From NCBI GenBank assembly GCA_964541905.1, contig CAZIRU010000001.1, forward strand, positions 2,870 through 66,869: a DNA stretch of 64,000 bases. Reading direction: 5' to 3'. Below, in pieces: positions 33,225 to 42,722 of this stretch (its first letter is position 1; every line of letters begins with the position of its first letter). The notes beneath the pieces were generated by a model. The model saw nothing but the letters and a program-made list of their open reading frames with translations, was not told the origin of the DNA and made no database searches. The position numbers were made by a program, and so were the translations under genes. Source of the DNA: an uncultured Verrucomicrobiota bacterium (GTDB lineage Bacteria > Verrucomicrobiota > Verrucomicrobiia > CAZIPW01).

Positions 33225-34172
33225 ATGTCTGTATCCAAACGTAAAAAAATCATCTCCACCGAGCCGACTTTGCGCCGCAGAGGCGGGATTCGATACTTTC
33301 TTGGCGGCTGCGACCCAAAATTCTCGCGCCGCAGCGCCCTTTTTGCCGCCGCTTCACTCCTACTGGGCGGCTGGAAGTACGTCCTAAATCAGGCGCCTTC
33401 CGCCTCCTCCGCAGCGGTTAAGCCGATTAAAACAGCCTCGGCCATCACCCGCCGCGATTTTCTCAAAGCCAGCGCCCCAGAAGCTCCAGAAGCACCTCCT
33501 CCCTCCGCCGAACCGACAAACGAAAATCCTTCAACTTCAGCTGTTTCCGAAAAGCTTGGCAAAGAAATCGAGACTTTGCAGCCCTACGAAGAGGCCCGCA
33601 TTTCTCTCGACGAAAAGGCGGTTATTGCGGGTATTCTTGTCGGAGAAGCCGGCGGCGAAGGTCTTCGTGGCATGCAGGCCGTCATGAATGTCATCCAAAA
33701 CCGCGCGGGCTGGAACCAAGATTGTTTTTACCAAGCCGCCATCCAGTATCGGCAATTTAGCGCCGCCAACGATGTAACCGACGCCTATGGCGCCGGCAAC
33801 ACGGCCCCCGTTGAAGCGTTCACGGCCAAAACGGGGATCCTCGTACAGCATCCGCAATACAAAAACGCCCTTCTACTCACTGAACTGGCCTGTCGAGGCA
33901 CGCTTCCAGACATTACCGATGGCGCGGATCACTATTACTCGCTTCTGGTTTTCAAAAATGGGAAAAAGCCCTACTGGCATAAGGATATTTACGAAAAATC
34001 GTGGCAACAAATTGGCAACCATATGTTTGGAGACTCGGCAAAGGTTTATCGAAGCCACTCGGATGAGATAGAAAAACGCCGCACCCATGCCGAAGAGCAT
34101 TCCGAAGTCTTTTTGCTCGAGTCGGGCCTCGCCTTCCACGACATTGTAAAAACGGTAGGGCTTAAGCACTAA
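33225..34172 (+). CDS. Secreted SleB/CwlJ-like cell wall hydrolase domain protein
   Basis: Hydrolase_2-like pattern AVIAGILVGEAGGEGLRGMQAVMNVIQNRAG...QYRQFSAAND; N-terminal hydrophobic segment; Ala/Pro-rich linker. Confidence 0.55.
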   Translation: MSVSKRKKIISTEPTLRRRGGIRYFLGGCDPKFSRRSALFAAASLLLGGWKYVLNQAPSASSAAVKPIKTASAITRRDFLKASAPEAPEAPPPSAEPTNENPSTSAVSEKLGKEIETLQPYEEARISLDEKAVIAGILVGEAGGEGLRGMQAVMNVIQNRAGWNQDCFYQAAIQYRQFSAANDVTDAYGAGNTAPVEAFTAKTGILVQHPQYKNALLLTELACRGTLPDITDGADHYYSLLVFKNGKKPYWHKDIYEKSWQQIGNHMFGDSAKVYRSHSDEIEKRRTHAEEHSEVFLLESGLAFHDIVKTVGLKH

Positions 34173-34176
34173 TAGG

Positions 34177-36666
34177 CTAAAACAGTCCCATTTGCGCCTC
34201 GTCGCGCTTTTCGGATTTGGCTTTGGGAGCTTTGGCGGTCGCTTCGAGCGTCTCCAGCAGTTGATTAGCCCGCGCGATAATCGACGCAGGCAGCCCCGCC
34301 AACTGCGCCACATGCACGCCGTAGCTGCGATCGGCCGTACCCGGGACAACTTGGCGCACAAATATAATCTTATTGCCCCATTCTTTGACGGCGACCGTAT
34401 AGTTACGCAATCTTGGCAAGCTCTTCTCAAGCCGCGTCAGCTCATGATAATGCGTGGCAAAAAGCGTCCGAGACCCTTCGCGCGGGTGCGCATGCAGATA
34501 CTCCACACACGCCCACGCAATCGAGAGACCGTCATAAGTGCTTGTCCCTCTGCCAATTTCGTCCAAAACGATCAGGCTTTTTGGGGTCGCCGAACGTAAA
34601 ATATACGCCGTCTCGGTCATCTCGACCATGAAGGTCGATTCGCCTCGCGCGAGGGCATCCGACGAGCCAATCCGCGAGAAAATCCGATCCGCCAGCCCTA
34701 TTACGGCAGATTTTGCCGGAATAAATGACCCCACCTGCGCCATGAGCACTATGAGCGCTACCTGGCGAATATAAGTACTTTTCCCGGCCATATTCGGCCC
34801 GGTAATAAGCAAAATTTGCTCATTTTCCGACGCCATCCGCGTATCATTGGGCACGAAACGCTCATTTCCGTCCTCGCTTGCCGCAAGCGCCTGCTCCACA
34901 ACCGGATGGCGCCCCTCAACAATCTCCAAGCGCGCATCTTCGGTCAAGATGGGCCGCACATAGTTCCACTTGCGCGCATTAAAGGCAAAGGCGCAAAGCA
35001 AATCGCACCAGCTCAGGGCCGTTGCGGTTTGGCGGAGCGTATCGGCATGGGCAACGACCTCCGCCACAAGCCCCTCGAAAAGTTCAATTTCGCGCCGGAT
35101 GGCATCTCCCTCGGCCGAAAGGATCTCCTTTTGGCGCTCCTGCAACTCGGGAGTCACAAAACGCTCGCCATTCACCGTGGTTGAGCGCCGGATGTAATCG
35201 GTTGGGACACGCGCGAGGTTGGCCTTGGTAATTTCGATAAAAAACCCAAAATTCTGGTTGTAGCGCACCTTGAGGCTTTTTATCCCCGTGCGCTCCTGCT
35301 CCTGACGTTCCAGCTCGGCAATCCAAATCTTGTGATTGGCCGAGAGCGATTTGAGACGGTCCAGCTCGGCATCGAAGCCCGGACGAATGGCCCCACCCTC
35401 CGCAAGCGCATTATTGGGTTCCTCTTCCAGCGCCGCGCCCAGCCGCGTACAAAGAGCGGCATGCGGGTCTATGGCGCTCGAAATCCAGCCGACCGCCCCC
35501 GCCTCAAAGCGCTCCACCTGGGCCTTCAGCCGCGGAAGCGCCCGCAAAGTATCGCGCACGGCAGCCAGCTCCCGTGGAGTGCGCAGACGATTTTGCAGCC
35601 GTCCCAAAATCCGCTCCAGGTCGCGCAAAAGCGAAAGCAATTCGCGTAACTCGCGCAAGCCTTCGGGCTGAGAGGCAAAAGCCTCGACTGCCGCAAGTCG
35701 CGCCAAAAGAGTCGCCTTGTCACAGGAGGGCGCGCGCAACGTTCGCTCCAAAAGACGCCCGCCCGCAGCGGTCATGGTGGCGTCCATCGCATTTATGAGC
35801 GACCCCTGCCGGCCGCCATCGAGCGCGCGGAAAATTTCGAGCTGGCGCGCCGTATTGGCATCCAAAAGCAGCCGATTTTCGAAGCGGTGGAGCTTGAGCT
35901 CGCAAAGATTGGCCGGAGCCGCGCAAAGAGCCTGTTTGGCGTAAGAATAAAGGGCACCCGCAGGCCCAATCGCAGGATGGTCGTCGGGGAGCCCAAAACC
36001 CTTCAAAGTCGCAACGTGAAGGGCTTCGCACAAAATTCGCTTGGCGCCCAGAGGCTCGAAAAAGCTCTCTGGCAGCTCCGAGACCGAAAGCGAGGGCAGA
36101 TTTTCGATGAGTCGCTCCTTGATACCGGCGGGCAGGCCCGTTTCGGGGATGATGAGCTCGGCAGGCTGAAGCAGCGTCAAATAGGTTAGAAAGTCGTCAA
36201 TCGAGGCATGCGCGGCAGCCGCCCACTCGCCCGTTGAAAGCTCCATCCAGCTGGCCGCAAGGGTAAGTCCCGTGGAGCTTTTAGAGACAGAAAGAGCCAA
36301 AAGATATTGATTGTGAGAGGCTTCGAGATGTTCGGCATTTATCGCAGTGCCAGGGGTAAAAACGCGCGTCAGGGCGCGCTGGACAAGTTTGCCCGGACGC
36401 GCCTCTTCGAGCTGGTCGCAAACCGCAACCTTTTTGCCTGAATCAAGAAGCCTCTTGATGTAGCCCTCGGCGGCGTGGTGGGGAATACCGGCCATGGGGC
36501 GCTCGTGGCGGGCGGTGAGGGTCAGGCCGAGGATATTAGCCGCCATGCGCGCATCATCGTCGAACATCTCAAAAAAGTCCCCAAGCCTGAAAAGCAGGAG
36601 CGTTCCGGGCGCCAATTTGGCCTTAATCTCCTTGTATTGCCGGAACATGGGGGTGTCGTCGGACAT
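34177..36666 (-). CDS. mutS: DNA mismatch repair protein MutS
   Basis: Mismatch-binding N-domain (TPMFRQYKEIKAKLAPGTLLLFRLGDFFEMFDDDA), Walker A GPNMAGKSTYIRQ, Walker B LIVLDEIGRGTSTYDG. Confidence 0.95.
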   Translation of the reverse strand: MSDDTPMFRQYKEIKAKLAPGTLLLFRLGDFFEMFDDDARMAANILGLTLTARHERPMAGIPHHAAEGYIKRLLDSGKKVAVCDQLEEARPGKLVQRALTRVFTPGTAINAEHLEASHNQYLLALSVSKSSTGLTLAASWMELSTGEWAAAAHASIDDFLTYLTLLQPAELIIPETGLPAGIKERLIENLPSLSVSELPESFFEPLGAKRILCEALHVATLKGFGLPDDHPAIGPAGALYSYAKQALCAAPANLCELKLHRFENRLLLDANTARQLEIFRALDGGRQGSLINAMDATMTAAGGRLLERTLRAPSCDKATLLARLAAVEAFASQPEGLRELRELLSLLRDLERILGRLQNRLRTPRELAAVRDTLRALPRLKAQVERFEAGAVGWISSAIDPHAALCTRLGAALEEEPNNALAEGGAIRPGFDAELDRLKSLSANHKIWIAELERQEQERTGIKSLKVRYNQNFGFFIEITKANLARVPTDYIRRSTTVNGERFVTPELQERQKEILSAEGDAIRREIELFEGLVAEVVAHADTLRQTATALSWCDLLCAFAFNARKWNYVRPILTEDARLEIVEGRHPVVEQALAASEDGNERFVPNDTRMASENEQILLITGPNMAGKSTYIRQVALIVLMAQVGSFIPAKSAVIGLADRIFSRIGSSDALARGESTFMVEMTETAYILRSATPKSLIVLDEIGRGTSTYDGLSIAWACVEYLHAHPREGSRTLFATHYHELTRLEKSLPRLRNYTVAVKEWGNKIIFVRQVVPGTADRSYGVHVAQLAGLPASIIARANQLLETLEATAKAPKAKSEKRDEAQMGLF

Positions 36667-36726
36667 AGGAAAGAGCGTAACAAATTAAGGGGCGGGAGTA
36701 AAGGAAAAGAGAGGGAGAATATTACC

Positions 36727-37488
36727 TTAGTTTGAATTTTGGAGGATCTGTTTCTTATAGAAATAGTCTTTTAAAAATGAATCCGAAACGTCTCTTTCTT
36801 CAAACATATAGATGCGCTGAGATGCCTGTTTGGCTAATTCCCTATTCAACTGACAAATAATTGTCGTTTGATTCTTGAAAACAATAGGCTCGTCTGTCTT
36901 AACTGCAATAAAAGCCTCCTTAGGCCCTAGCGGCAGTATAATCCGACATTTTGTGGCAAGTAAATCATTTGGCTTAAAGATAAGAGGATCATCGCCAATA
37001 ATAAGCCGATGCTTGCTTTTTCTGAAATCAAAAAAGCAAAACGCAAATGGCATCAGATCTTCTATGTTCTTCTCGTTAATAAGCTCTTTCAATTGATATT
37101 GCGAAAGTTTCTTTATTTGCTCAGCTGTAAGCATCGGAAGTCCTCTTAAATATTTTTCTCTAAGAATTTTTAATTTAGAGGGGTTTCTTAGCAACATATA
37201 CAAAACAAATCCAGCCCACATCTTTTTCTCTTCACCGAAATTCTTTATCTCAACAAGTCCATCTTTTCTCAACGACCTAATCTTTTCCAAAATCTTAGCC
37301 GCCTTGTCATCTAATTCTTTAAAGAAACCTTCAGTACTCCCATACAGATCTTCTTCAAAACAAATACCCTTGGGCCCCTTAGGTAATGATTTCCCATAGT
37401 CTTTATGGAAAATGCAGATGTTATTTCCTTTCGCTGGGTTTCGCCAGCTTTCTAGTATAAATCTTGGAATATAATGATCTTTGGCCAT
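36727..37488 (-). CDS. DUF4238-like protein on a low-GC islet (candidate single-gene anti-phage defense)
   Basis: Low-GC ORF (about 35% GC by eye) in a ~60% GC background; N-terminus MAKDHYIPRFILESW matches my recollection of the DUF4238 HY-x-P-x-F signature; Lys/Glu/Ile-rich composition typical of foreign genes. Confidence 0.5.
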   Translation of the reverse strand: MAKDHYIPRFILESWRNPAKGNNICIFHKDYGKSLPKGPKGICFEEDLYGSTEGFFKELDDKAAKILEKIRSLRKDGLVEIKNFGEEKKMWAGFVLYMLLRNPSKLKILREKYLRGLPMLTAEQIKKLSQYQLKELINEKNIEDLMPFAFCFFDFRKSKHRLIIGDDPLIFKPNDLLATKCRIILPLGPKEAFIAVKTDEPIVFKNQTTIICQLNRELAKQASQRIYMFEERDVSDSFLKDYFYKKQILQNSN

Positions 37489-37641
37489 CTCTCTATTGTA
37501 TCACACCTTTTAAAGTTTTCAAAAAACAAGAGTTTCGGAGCTGCTGAGATCCTCCGCGCTTACGCAAAAAACAGCACACCCAAGAAGGAGGTCTCTCGCG
37601 GGTAAGCTGATCTGATTTTCTAAAGGCTACCGGAAAGCGAA

Positions 37642-38697
37642 TTATCCTTCGTCCTCGTAACCCTCGGCGGCTCGCGCGTTCGGGTGATCGGCCTTCGGTT
37701 TTTCCATGCTCGGGCGGGCGTAAAGGCGCTCATGGGGGGCTTCGGGGAAAACTTCGTCGGCGCGGGGCAAGAACCAGTCCTTCCCTAATTGTAAAAGCTC
37801 GTCGGGCGTCCGAGCTTCGCGCATGCACTTGAGAAAAATCCCATTCGGATCAACCGAAAGCCCAAGGAAATTCAAGTAGCCCTTCATGGGGCCTATGGAG
37901 GCGCAATTTTTTACAATCCAACAGAAGTAGTCGTAGGCATCGGCAAAGGTTGACGCCTTGAAGGCGCGGCCTTCACGAAGCGCGGCAGCTTTGGCGAAAA
38001 TCCACGGATAGCGAATCGCCGCACGCCCCACCGAAACACCCCAAGCCCCCGTTTCTTTTACAAGTGTAAAACCTTGCGATGCCGTCTGGATGTCGCCATT
38101 GAGGATAACCGGGCACGGAGCCGCCGCAACAATTTGGCGCGCCAACTCGAAACGTACAGGGGCGTGGTAGCCATCCGCAACGGTCCGCAGGTGCACCGTA
38201 CAGAAGTCAACCTGATATTTATCAAGGAGTTGCAAAACACCCTGCCAAGCGTCCGGCTCGCGGAAACCCAGACGCAATTTGACGCTCAAGGTCAAAGGAG
38301 GTGCTACCGCCTCGCGCAAGGCCGCAAGGATGCGCTCAACCGTCTCCAGCTCGCGCAAAAGGCCGCCACCTACATTCTGTTTGTAAATTTTCGGAGCCGG
38401 ACAACCTAGGTTGAGATCAACGCCAGAAACAGGCAGCTTTTGCAGGAATTCAGCGCCTTTCTTAAAATATTCCGGTTCGCGGCCAATCAATTGAGCAATG
38501 ATGCGACATTTTGTCCCATACTCCTCGATGAAGGAAAGCCAGTCCTTATCCCACGCGGTATGCTCGTGGACCCGAACGTATTCGATGTGAAAGAGTTCTG
38601 GAGCGCCAACTTGCGCGATATAGCGCCCGAGGCGCACAAAATCGCACATCGGCGCCAAAGAAAAAGGACTTTGCAGATCGAAGGGCGGCGGGCGCAT
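37642..38697 (-). CDS. tRNA-dihydrouridine synthase (Dus family)
   Basis: TIM-barrel Dus motifs SLAPMCDFVRLG and DLNLGCPAPKI; start at ATG 38697. Confidence 0.8.
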   Translation of the reverse strand: MRPPPFDLQSPFSLAPMCDFVRLGRYIAQVGAPELFHIEYVRVHEHTAWDKDWLSFIEEYGTKCRIIAQLIGREPEYFKKGAEFLQKLPVSGVDLNLGCPAPKIYKQNVGGGLLRELETVERILAALREAVAPPLTLSVKLRLGFREPDAWQGVLQLLDKYQVDFCTVHLRTVADGYHAPVRFELARQIVAAAPCPVILNGDIQTASQGFTLVKETGAWGVSVGRAAIRYPWIFAKAAALREGRAFKASTFADAYDYFCWIVKNCASIGPMKGYLNFLGLSVDPNGIFLKCMREARTPDELLQLGKDWFLPRADEVFPEAPHERLYARPSMEKPKADHPNARAAEGYEDEG

Positions 38698-38736
38698 TAG
38701 ACAAAGCTTAGACGAAAAAAACGATAGCGGCAATTC

Positions 38737-39186
38737 TCAAGGACGCGGGCGCTTGAGAGTCAGCTTGTGCATAAGCGCCGTCGCATCCTCGACCTTCTCG
38801 AGAAGACTAGCGGCAGCCATGATCGGCTTGCCGGCATTTAACGCCAAAACCATCGCATCGGAAGGTCGCGCGTCCACTTCGACAATCTTTGTGCCCAGCT
38901 CGTTATCCATTTTGAGAATAATGCGTGCGTAAAAGGTTGTACCAAGCGCATCGTTTATTACCATGCGCTCGAAAGAAATGCCAAAACCTGCGCAAATATT
39001 GGTCATCAGGTCGTGGGTAAGCGGACGTTCCTTTTTGACGGTACTCAAGGCCAACGAAAGCGATTGGCCCACCGACGAATCAACATAGATGACGAAAATC
39101 TTTTTGGGCGCGCCCAAAAAGACCGCACAGCCTTCGGCGGCGGGTGCCACGGCTTTGATGGAGACTTCGAGCGAGTCGTTTTGCAT
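38737..39186 (-). CDS. Bifunctional nuclease family protein (BFN/DUF151)
   Basis: Motif VDARPSDAMVLAL typical of the BFN domain; 149 aa. Confidence 0.55.
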   Translation of the reverse strand: MQNDSLEVSIKAVAPAAEGCAVFLGAPKKIFVIYVDSSVGQSLSLALSTVKKERPLTHDLMTNICAGFGISFERMVINDALGTTFYARIILKMDNELGTKIVEVDARPSDAMVLALNAGKPIMAAASLLEKVEDATALMHKLTLKRPRP

Positions 39187-39228
39187 GGAAAGACCTTAGC
39201 GGAATTTTAGGCGGAGGGCAAATAAGCA

Positions 39229-39258
39229 TTGAGGCCGCAAAGGTGTTGGGCTTAGAAT
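39229..39258 (+). promoter_or_regulatory. Putative sigma70-type promoter of tRNA-Val
   Basis: TTGAGG - 17 nt - TAGAAT, 10 nt upstream of the tRNA. Confidence 0.4.
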
Positions 39259-39268
39259 GGCTGGCAAC

Positions 39269-39341
39269 GGACGGCTAGCTCAGCGGTTAGAGCATCTGCT
39301 TTACACGCAGGGGGTCAGGGGTTCGAATCCCTTGCCGTCCA
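39269..39341 (+). tRNA. tRNA-Val (anticodon TAC)
   Basis: Acceptor GGACGGC/GCCGTCC, D-arm GCTCAGCGGTTAGAGC, anticodon loop TTTACAC, T-arm AGGGGTTCGAATCCCTT. Confidence 0.85.
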
Positions 39342-39458
39342 AACTTCCAATATGCAAGGGACTCCGATGAGAAGCCCTGAAAGGGGTTTGATGAATTGCA
39401 GCAGCAATTCAGACGCGAGCCTTGGCGAGCGCTCGAAGAGCTCGGCCCGCAGGCCGAG

Positions 39459-39476
39459 TCAATCCCTTGCCGTCCA
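39459..39476 (+). repeat. Direct repeat of the tRNA-Val 3-prime end (att-like scar)
   Basis: AATCCCTTGCCGTCCA at 39461-39476 is identical to tRNA positions 39326-39341; preceded by a perfect hairpin CTCGGCC-CGCA-GGCCGAG (39441-39458). Confidence 0.55.
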
Positions 39477-39485
39477 GTTTTTGCC

Positions 39486-40016
39486 ATGAGTGACCCGCGT
39501 TTTGATTTTTTTGTGGCCAAATGCGCCTTGTGTGGGGTGGAGCCCTCAAAGCGATGGGTTTTTGTAAGCATCCAAGAGGAACGGCTGTACGCCTATGAAG
39601 GCGAAAAAATCGCACGAGAATTTGTTTGCAGCACCTCCGCCAATCCGCCCAGCTGCGCCTATGGCTCGAACGGCACGCCTCTAGGGCTTCATCGCGTGGC
39701 GGAAAAAATCGGAGAGGGAGCGCCAGAAGGGACGATATTCGTAAAAAGGGAGAATACGGGGAAAATCTTTGAAAAACCGGAGCCCGACACTCCCAATCTT
39801 ATTACCAGCCGCATCATGTGGCTGGAGGGCTTGGAAGCAGGGAAAAACAAGGGAGAACATCGGGATTCGTACGCGCGTAAAATTTACATTCACGGCACGA
39901 ACCACGAGGCAAAAGTGGGCACGCCCTTTAGCGGAGGCTGCATCAACCTGAAAAATAATGATGTTATCGAGCTTTTTGGCTGGGTCGGCGAAAATGAGTT
40001 GGTGCTGATAGATTGA
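39486..40016 (+). CDS. L,D-transpeptidase (YkuD domain)
   Basis: Catalytic motif IHGTNHEAKVGTPFSGGCINLKNND; start ambiguous (ORF track 39396; ATG 39486 preferred because the upstream part overlaps the repeat and hairpin). Confidence 0.65.
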   Translation: MSDPRFDFFVAKCALCGVEPSKRWVFVSIQEERLYAYEGEKIAREFVCSTSANPPSCAYGSNGTPLGLHRVAEKIGEGAPEGTIFVKRENTGKIFEKPEPDTPNLITSRIMWLEGLEAGKNKGEHRDSYARKIYIHGTNHEAKVGTPFSGGCINLKNNDVIELFGWVGENELVLID

Positions 40017-40023
40017 AACTGCC

Positions 40024-40533
40024 TTAAAACTGTACGGCAGCGATCGCGTCGCAATGAGGGAAATTCTCGAGGGGCGTAAGCGTAAAACGCGCGGCGTCAA
40101 AAACAACCCAAGCTCCGTCAAGTTCCAACAGAAGCCAGCCTGTGGGCAACTCTGGCTGTAGCGCACGCTTTTGCTCGTCGGCAACAAGAATGGCCACCGC
40201 CGCTTCGGAAGAACGACGATAGCGGCGCAAAAGCCAAAGCGAAAGCTGGGTCTTGCACAGCTCGGCGTATTGCCGCTCGGAAAAACCGGGGGAGATCCCC
40301 CTTAAACCGCGCCCCTTGAGATAAGACGAAAACTCGGGAAGAAAATCCTCCGTGAACGCCCGAGCCGAAAGACCTTCGTAATTTCTATCGAAAAAACGCC
40401 ACTGCGCCCGCGGGAAAAAGCGACGCAACTGCTGATAAACGTCGCCCTGCGCGCGTTTCTCGGAACAAAAAGCCGGCGCAGCCATAAAAAGCTGCGCCAG
40501 CATCAAAAACAGTAGCCCAAAAGAAAGTCGCAC
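40024..40533 (-). CDS. Hypothetical secreted protein
   Basis: Signal peptide MRLSFGLLFLMLAQLFMAAPAFC; no motif recognised. Confidence 0.35.
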   Translation of the reverse strand: MRLSFGLLFLMLAQLFMAAPAFCSEKRAQGDVYQQLRRFFPRAQWRFFDRNYEGLSARAFTEDFLPEFSSYLKGRGLRGISPGFSERQYAELCKTQLSLWLLRRYRRSSEAAVAILVADEQKRALQPELPTGWLLLELDGAWVVFDAARFTLTPLENFPHCDAIAAVQF

Positions 40534-40538
40534 GCTTA

Positions 40539-42554
40539 CTAATTCGACTTGGGCGCGCCTTTCTTAATTGCGGGAGCCGGCGTAAATGCCGAACGAGCCG
40601 CGCGGGAAGGAATATTCGGCCGCAAGAGCGCCGGCTTGGCAGGTCCCTTGGGGGCCTCAGGGAACATCCGCGGCTGGCCGGCTTCCGGAGCCGCTGCGGC
40701 TTCAAAGGAGCTCGTGAGCCCCCTTGTCCCGTAGACCTCCTCCTTAAGCTGCTCGACATAGCGACGGAGCTGGTCGGCCTGAGTGGAAAGCTGGGCGGCT
40801 GCACCCGCAGACTCCTCGGAAGTGGCGGCGTTTTGCTGGATGACTTGATCGAGCTGGCTAACCGCCGTATTGATCTGGTCGATGCCTGCGGCCTGCTGGG
40901 TGGAAGCCTGTTTGACCTCTTCGGAGTGACGGCTGACGTCCTCAACCTGGGTGGCAATGGTATTGAAAACCTTGGTCACCTCTTCGAAGAGTAGCGTTGC
41001 TTCGCCCAGGCTCTTGATGACCTCGTCGGAAGCAACAACGCCCGCTTTGGAGCTTTCTGCCGCCTGGCCAATAAGCTGGGTGGTCTGTGTAGCGTTGCTG
41101 GCGGAGCGCTGGGCCAACTGACCCACCTCTCCCGCAACAACCGCAAATCCCGCGCCCGCTTCGCCCGCGCGGGCAGCTTCAACCGCCGCATTCAGCGAAA
41201 GCAGGTTGGTCTGGAAAGCAATCTCGTCAATTGTCGAGGCCACAACCGCAACCTCTTTGGAGGATTGACTAATGCGACTCATCGCTTCGCGCAGCGCACT
41301 GCCAGCCTCGCGGATGAGCGTCAATTTGCCTTCAAGCTCGTGCATCTTGGAAAGACCTTCGCGGGAAGCCTTATTGGCCTCGACCGCACGCTCGCTGACC
41401 TGTTCGACAGCGGTCGTATTCGTTTTGACCATCGAGGAAATCTCTTCCATCGAAGCCGATGTTTCCTCGACCGTGGCCGCTTGCTCGGAAGAGGCTTCAG
41501 CCAAAGCCTGCGAAGAAGAGGCAATCTCGCCAGAGGCAGAGCCTACTGACTGGCTGGAGGTCGCAAGACCTTCGATGACAGTCTGGATATTACGGACAAT
41601 GGAATTCGCCAAAAGCGCAGCAAAGATGGTCGCTATAATAACCGCAATGACTAGCACCGAAATAATGGAGCGCATCAATACATTGTTGCGCTCAACGGTT
41701 GATTTGTTGAGGGCCGCCTCGTCTTCTAAGGCGCTCATGCGCAACTGCACGCCAAGTTCCAGAATTTTGGCACCAACGGGAATAGTTGTACCATTGATGA
41801 TTTCCCACTTTTCAAATGCGTGCTTCACCATATCGCCGAAATAGCCTTTGTAGGAGGCGTATTCGGTTTTGAAAGATTGAAGGGCTGACTCATGCCCGTG
41901 CTTTCCCGCATACTGCTCTCCCTTCTGCACCATCTCATCGACCTTTTTTAGCTCCGCAAGGGCCGCATCGCGTGTTTCAACCGAATTTGAACTCATGAAC
42001 CGTAAAACGCCTATGCGAGCTTCTGCCATCAGCATCCGTAAATTGGCACAAGCCTCAATGTATTCGGGATCTTGAGAGCCCCTAACCTTCTCGACAAACA
42101 GACTTACAGCCGTCCAGACGGGAGCTCCCTGCTTAAACAATAATGCCTCGGACTTCACATACTCTGCCGTTACAAAGCGCAAGCGCGCCGAAGCATTCGT
42201 GTAAGTCTGCAAGGCCGCATGGATCTGGTCCAACTTGCCCTGATGCGCCTTGGCTTCAGCCATCTTTTCGACTGTTGCCAACGATTCGGCAACCACTTTA
42301 TTGAATGATTCAACTTTTGCGGCTGTCGCGTCGTCGTTGGTCCTGTAGAAGGCCATATTCTGAAGTCGCGCGTTCAGAATATTGGATTCTATGGCGCTTG
42401 CCTGTTCAACGAGGCTAACATAGCGACCGTAGGTGCCAAATGCCTGCACGTTGTTCCAGAGGGCATAAATGCCGACGGCTCCAACTATCAAGAGAGCCGA
42501 CAGCAGTATGGAGGTGTTGGTCCACAAACGAACCTTTAATGATTGTTTTGACAT
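40539..42554 (-). CDS. Methyl-accepting chemotaxis protein
   Basis: N-terminal TM, periplasmic sensor, HAMP and MCP signalling domain ([32 protein letters not shown]); start at ATG 42554. Confidence 0.85.
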   Translation of the reverse strand: MSKQSLKVRLWTNTSILLSALLIVGAVGIYALWNNVQAFGTYGRYVSLVEQASAIESNILNARLQNMAFYRTNDDATAAKVESFNKVVAESLATVEKMAEAKAHQGKLDQIHAALQTYTNASARLRFVTAEYVKSEALLFKQGAPVWTAVSLFVEKVRGSQDPEYIEACANLRMLMAEARIGVLRFMSSNSVETRDAALAELKKVDEMVQKGEQYAGKHGHESALQSFKTEYASYKGYFGDMVKHAFEKWEIINGTTIPVGAKILELGVQLRMSALEDEAALNKSTVERNNVLMRSIISVLVIAVIIATIFAALLANSIVRNIQTVIEGLATSSQSVGSASGEIASSSQALAEASSEQAATVEETSASMEEISSMVKTNTTAVEQVSERAVEANKASREGLSKMHELEGKLTLIREAGSALREAMSRISQSSKEVAVVASTIDEIAFQTNLLSLNAAVEAARAGEAGAGFAVVAGEVGQLAQRSASNATQTTQLIGQAAESSKAGVVASDEVIKSLGEATLLFEEVTKVFNTIATQVEDVSRHSEEVKQASTQQAAGIDQINTAVSQLDQVIQQNAATSEESAGAAAQLSTQADQLRRYVEQLKEEVYGTRGLTSSFEAAAAPEAGQPRMFPEAPKGPAKPALLRPNIPSRAARSAFTPAPAIKKGAPKSN

Positions 42555-42722
42555 ATAAACTTTGGTTTGAAACCTACCCGATCCTTCACCAAGCATTACG
42601 GGAAAATACATTCGTTGTTAAGAAAAATTTAATCAAGTTATTAGAGAAATCTATTGAATCCTAATTTCATCCAATTAATAATTTCTGGATCATGCGCGCA
42701 ATACAGCTTAGTCTATTCTTCC

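Noticed and set aside
42654-42722. ATG at 42654 as the start of the first ABC permease
   Set aside because: This extension lies in an AT-rich promoter-like segment and adds a non-hydrophobic leader; the in-frame GTG at 42723 gives a canonical OppB-type N-terminus.
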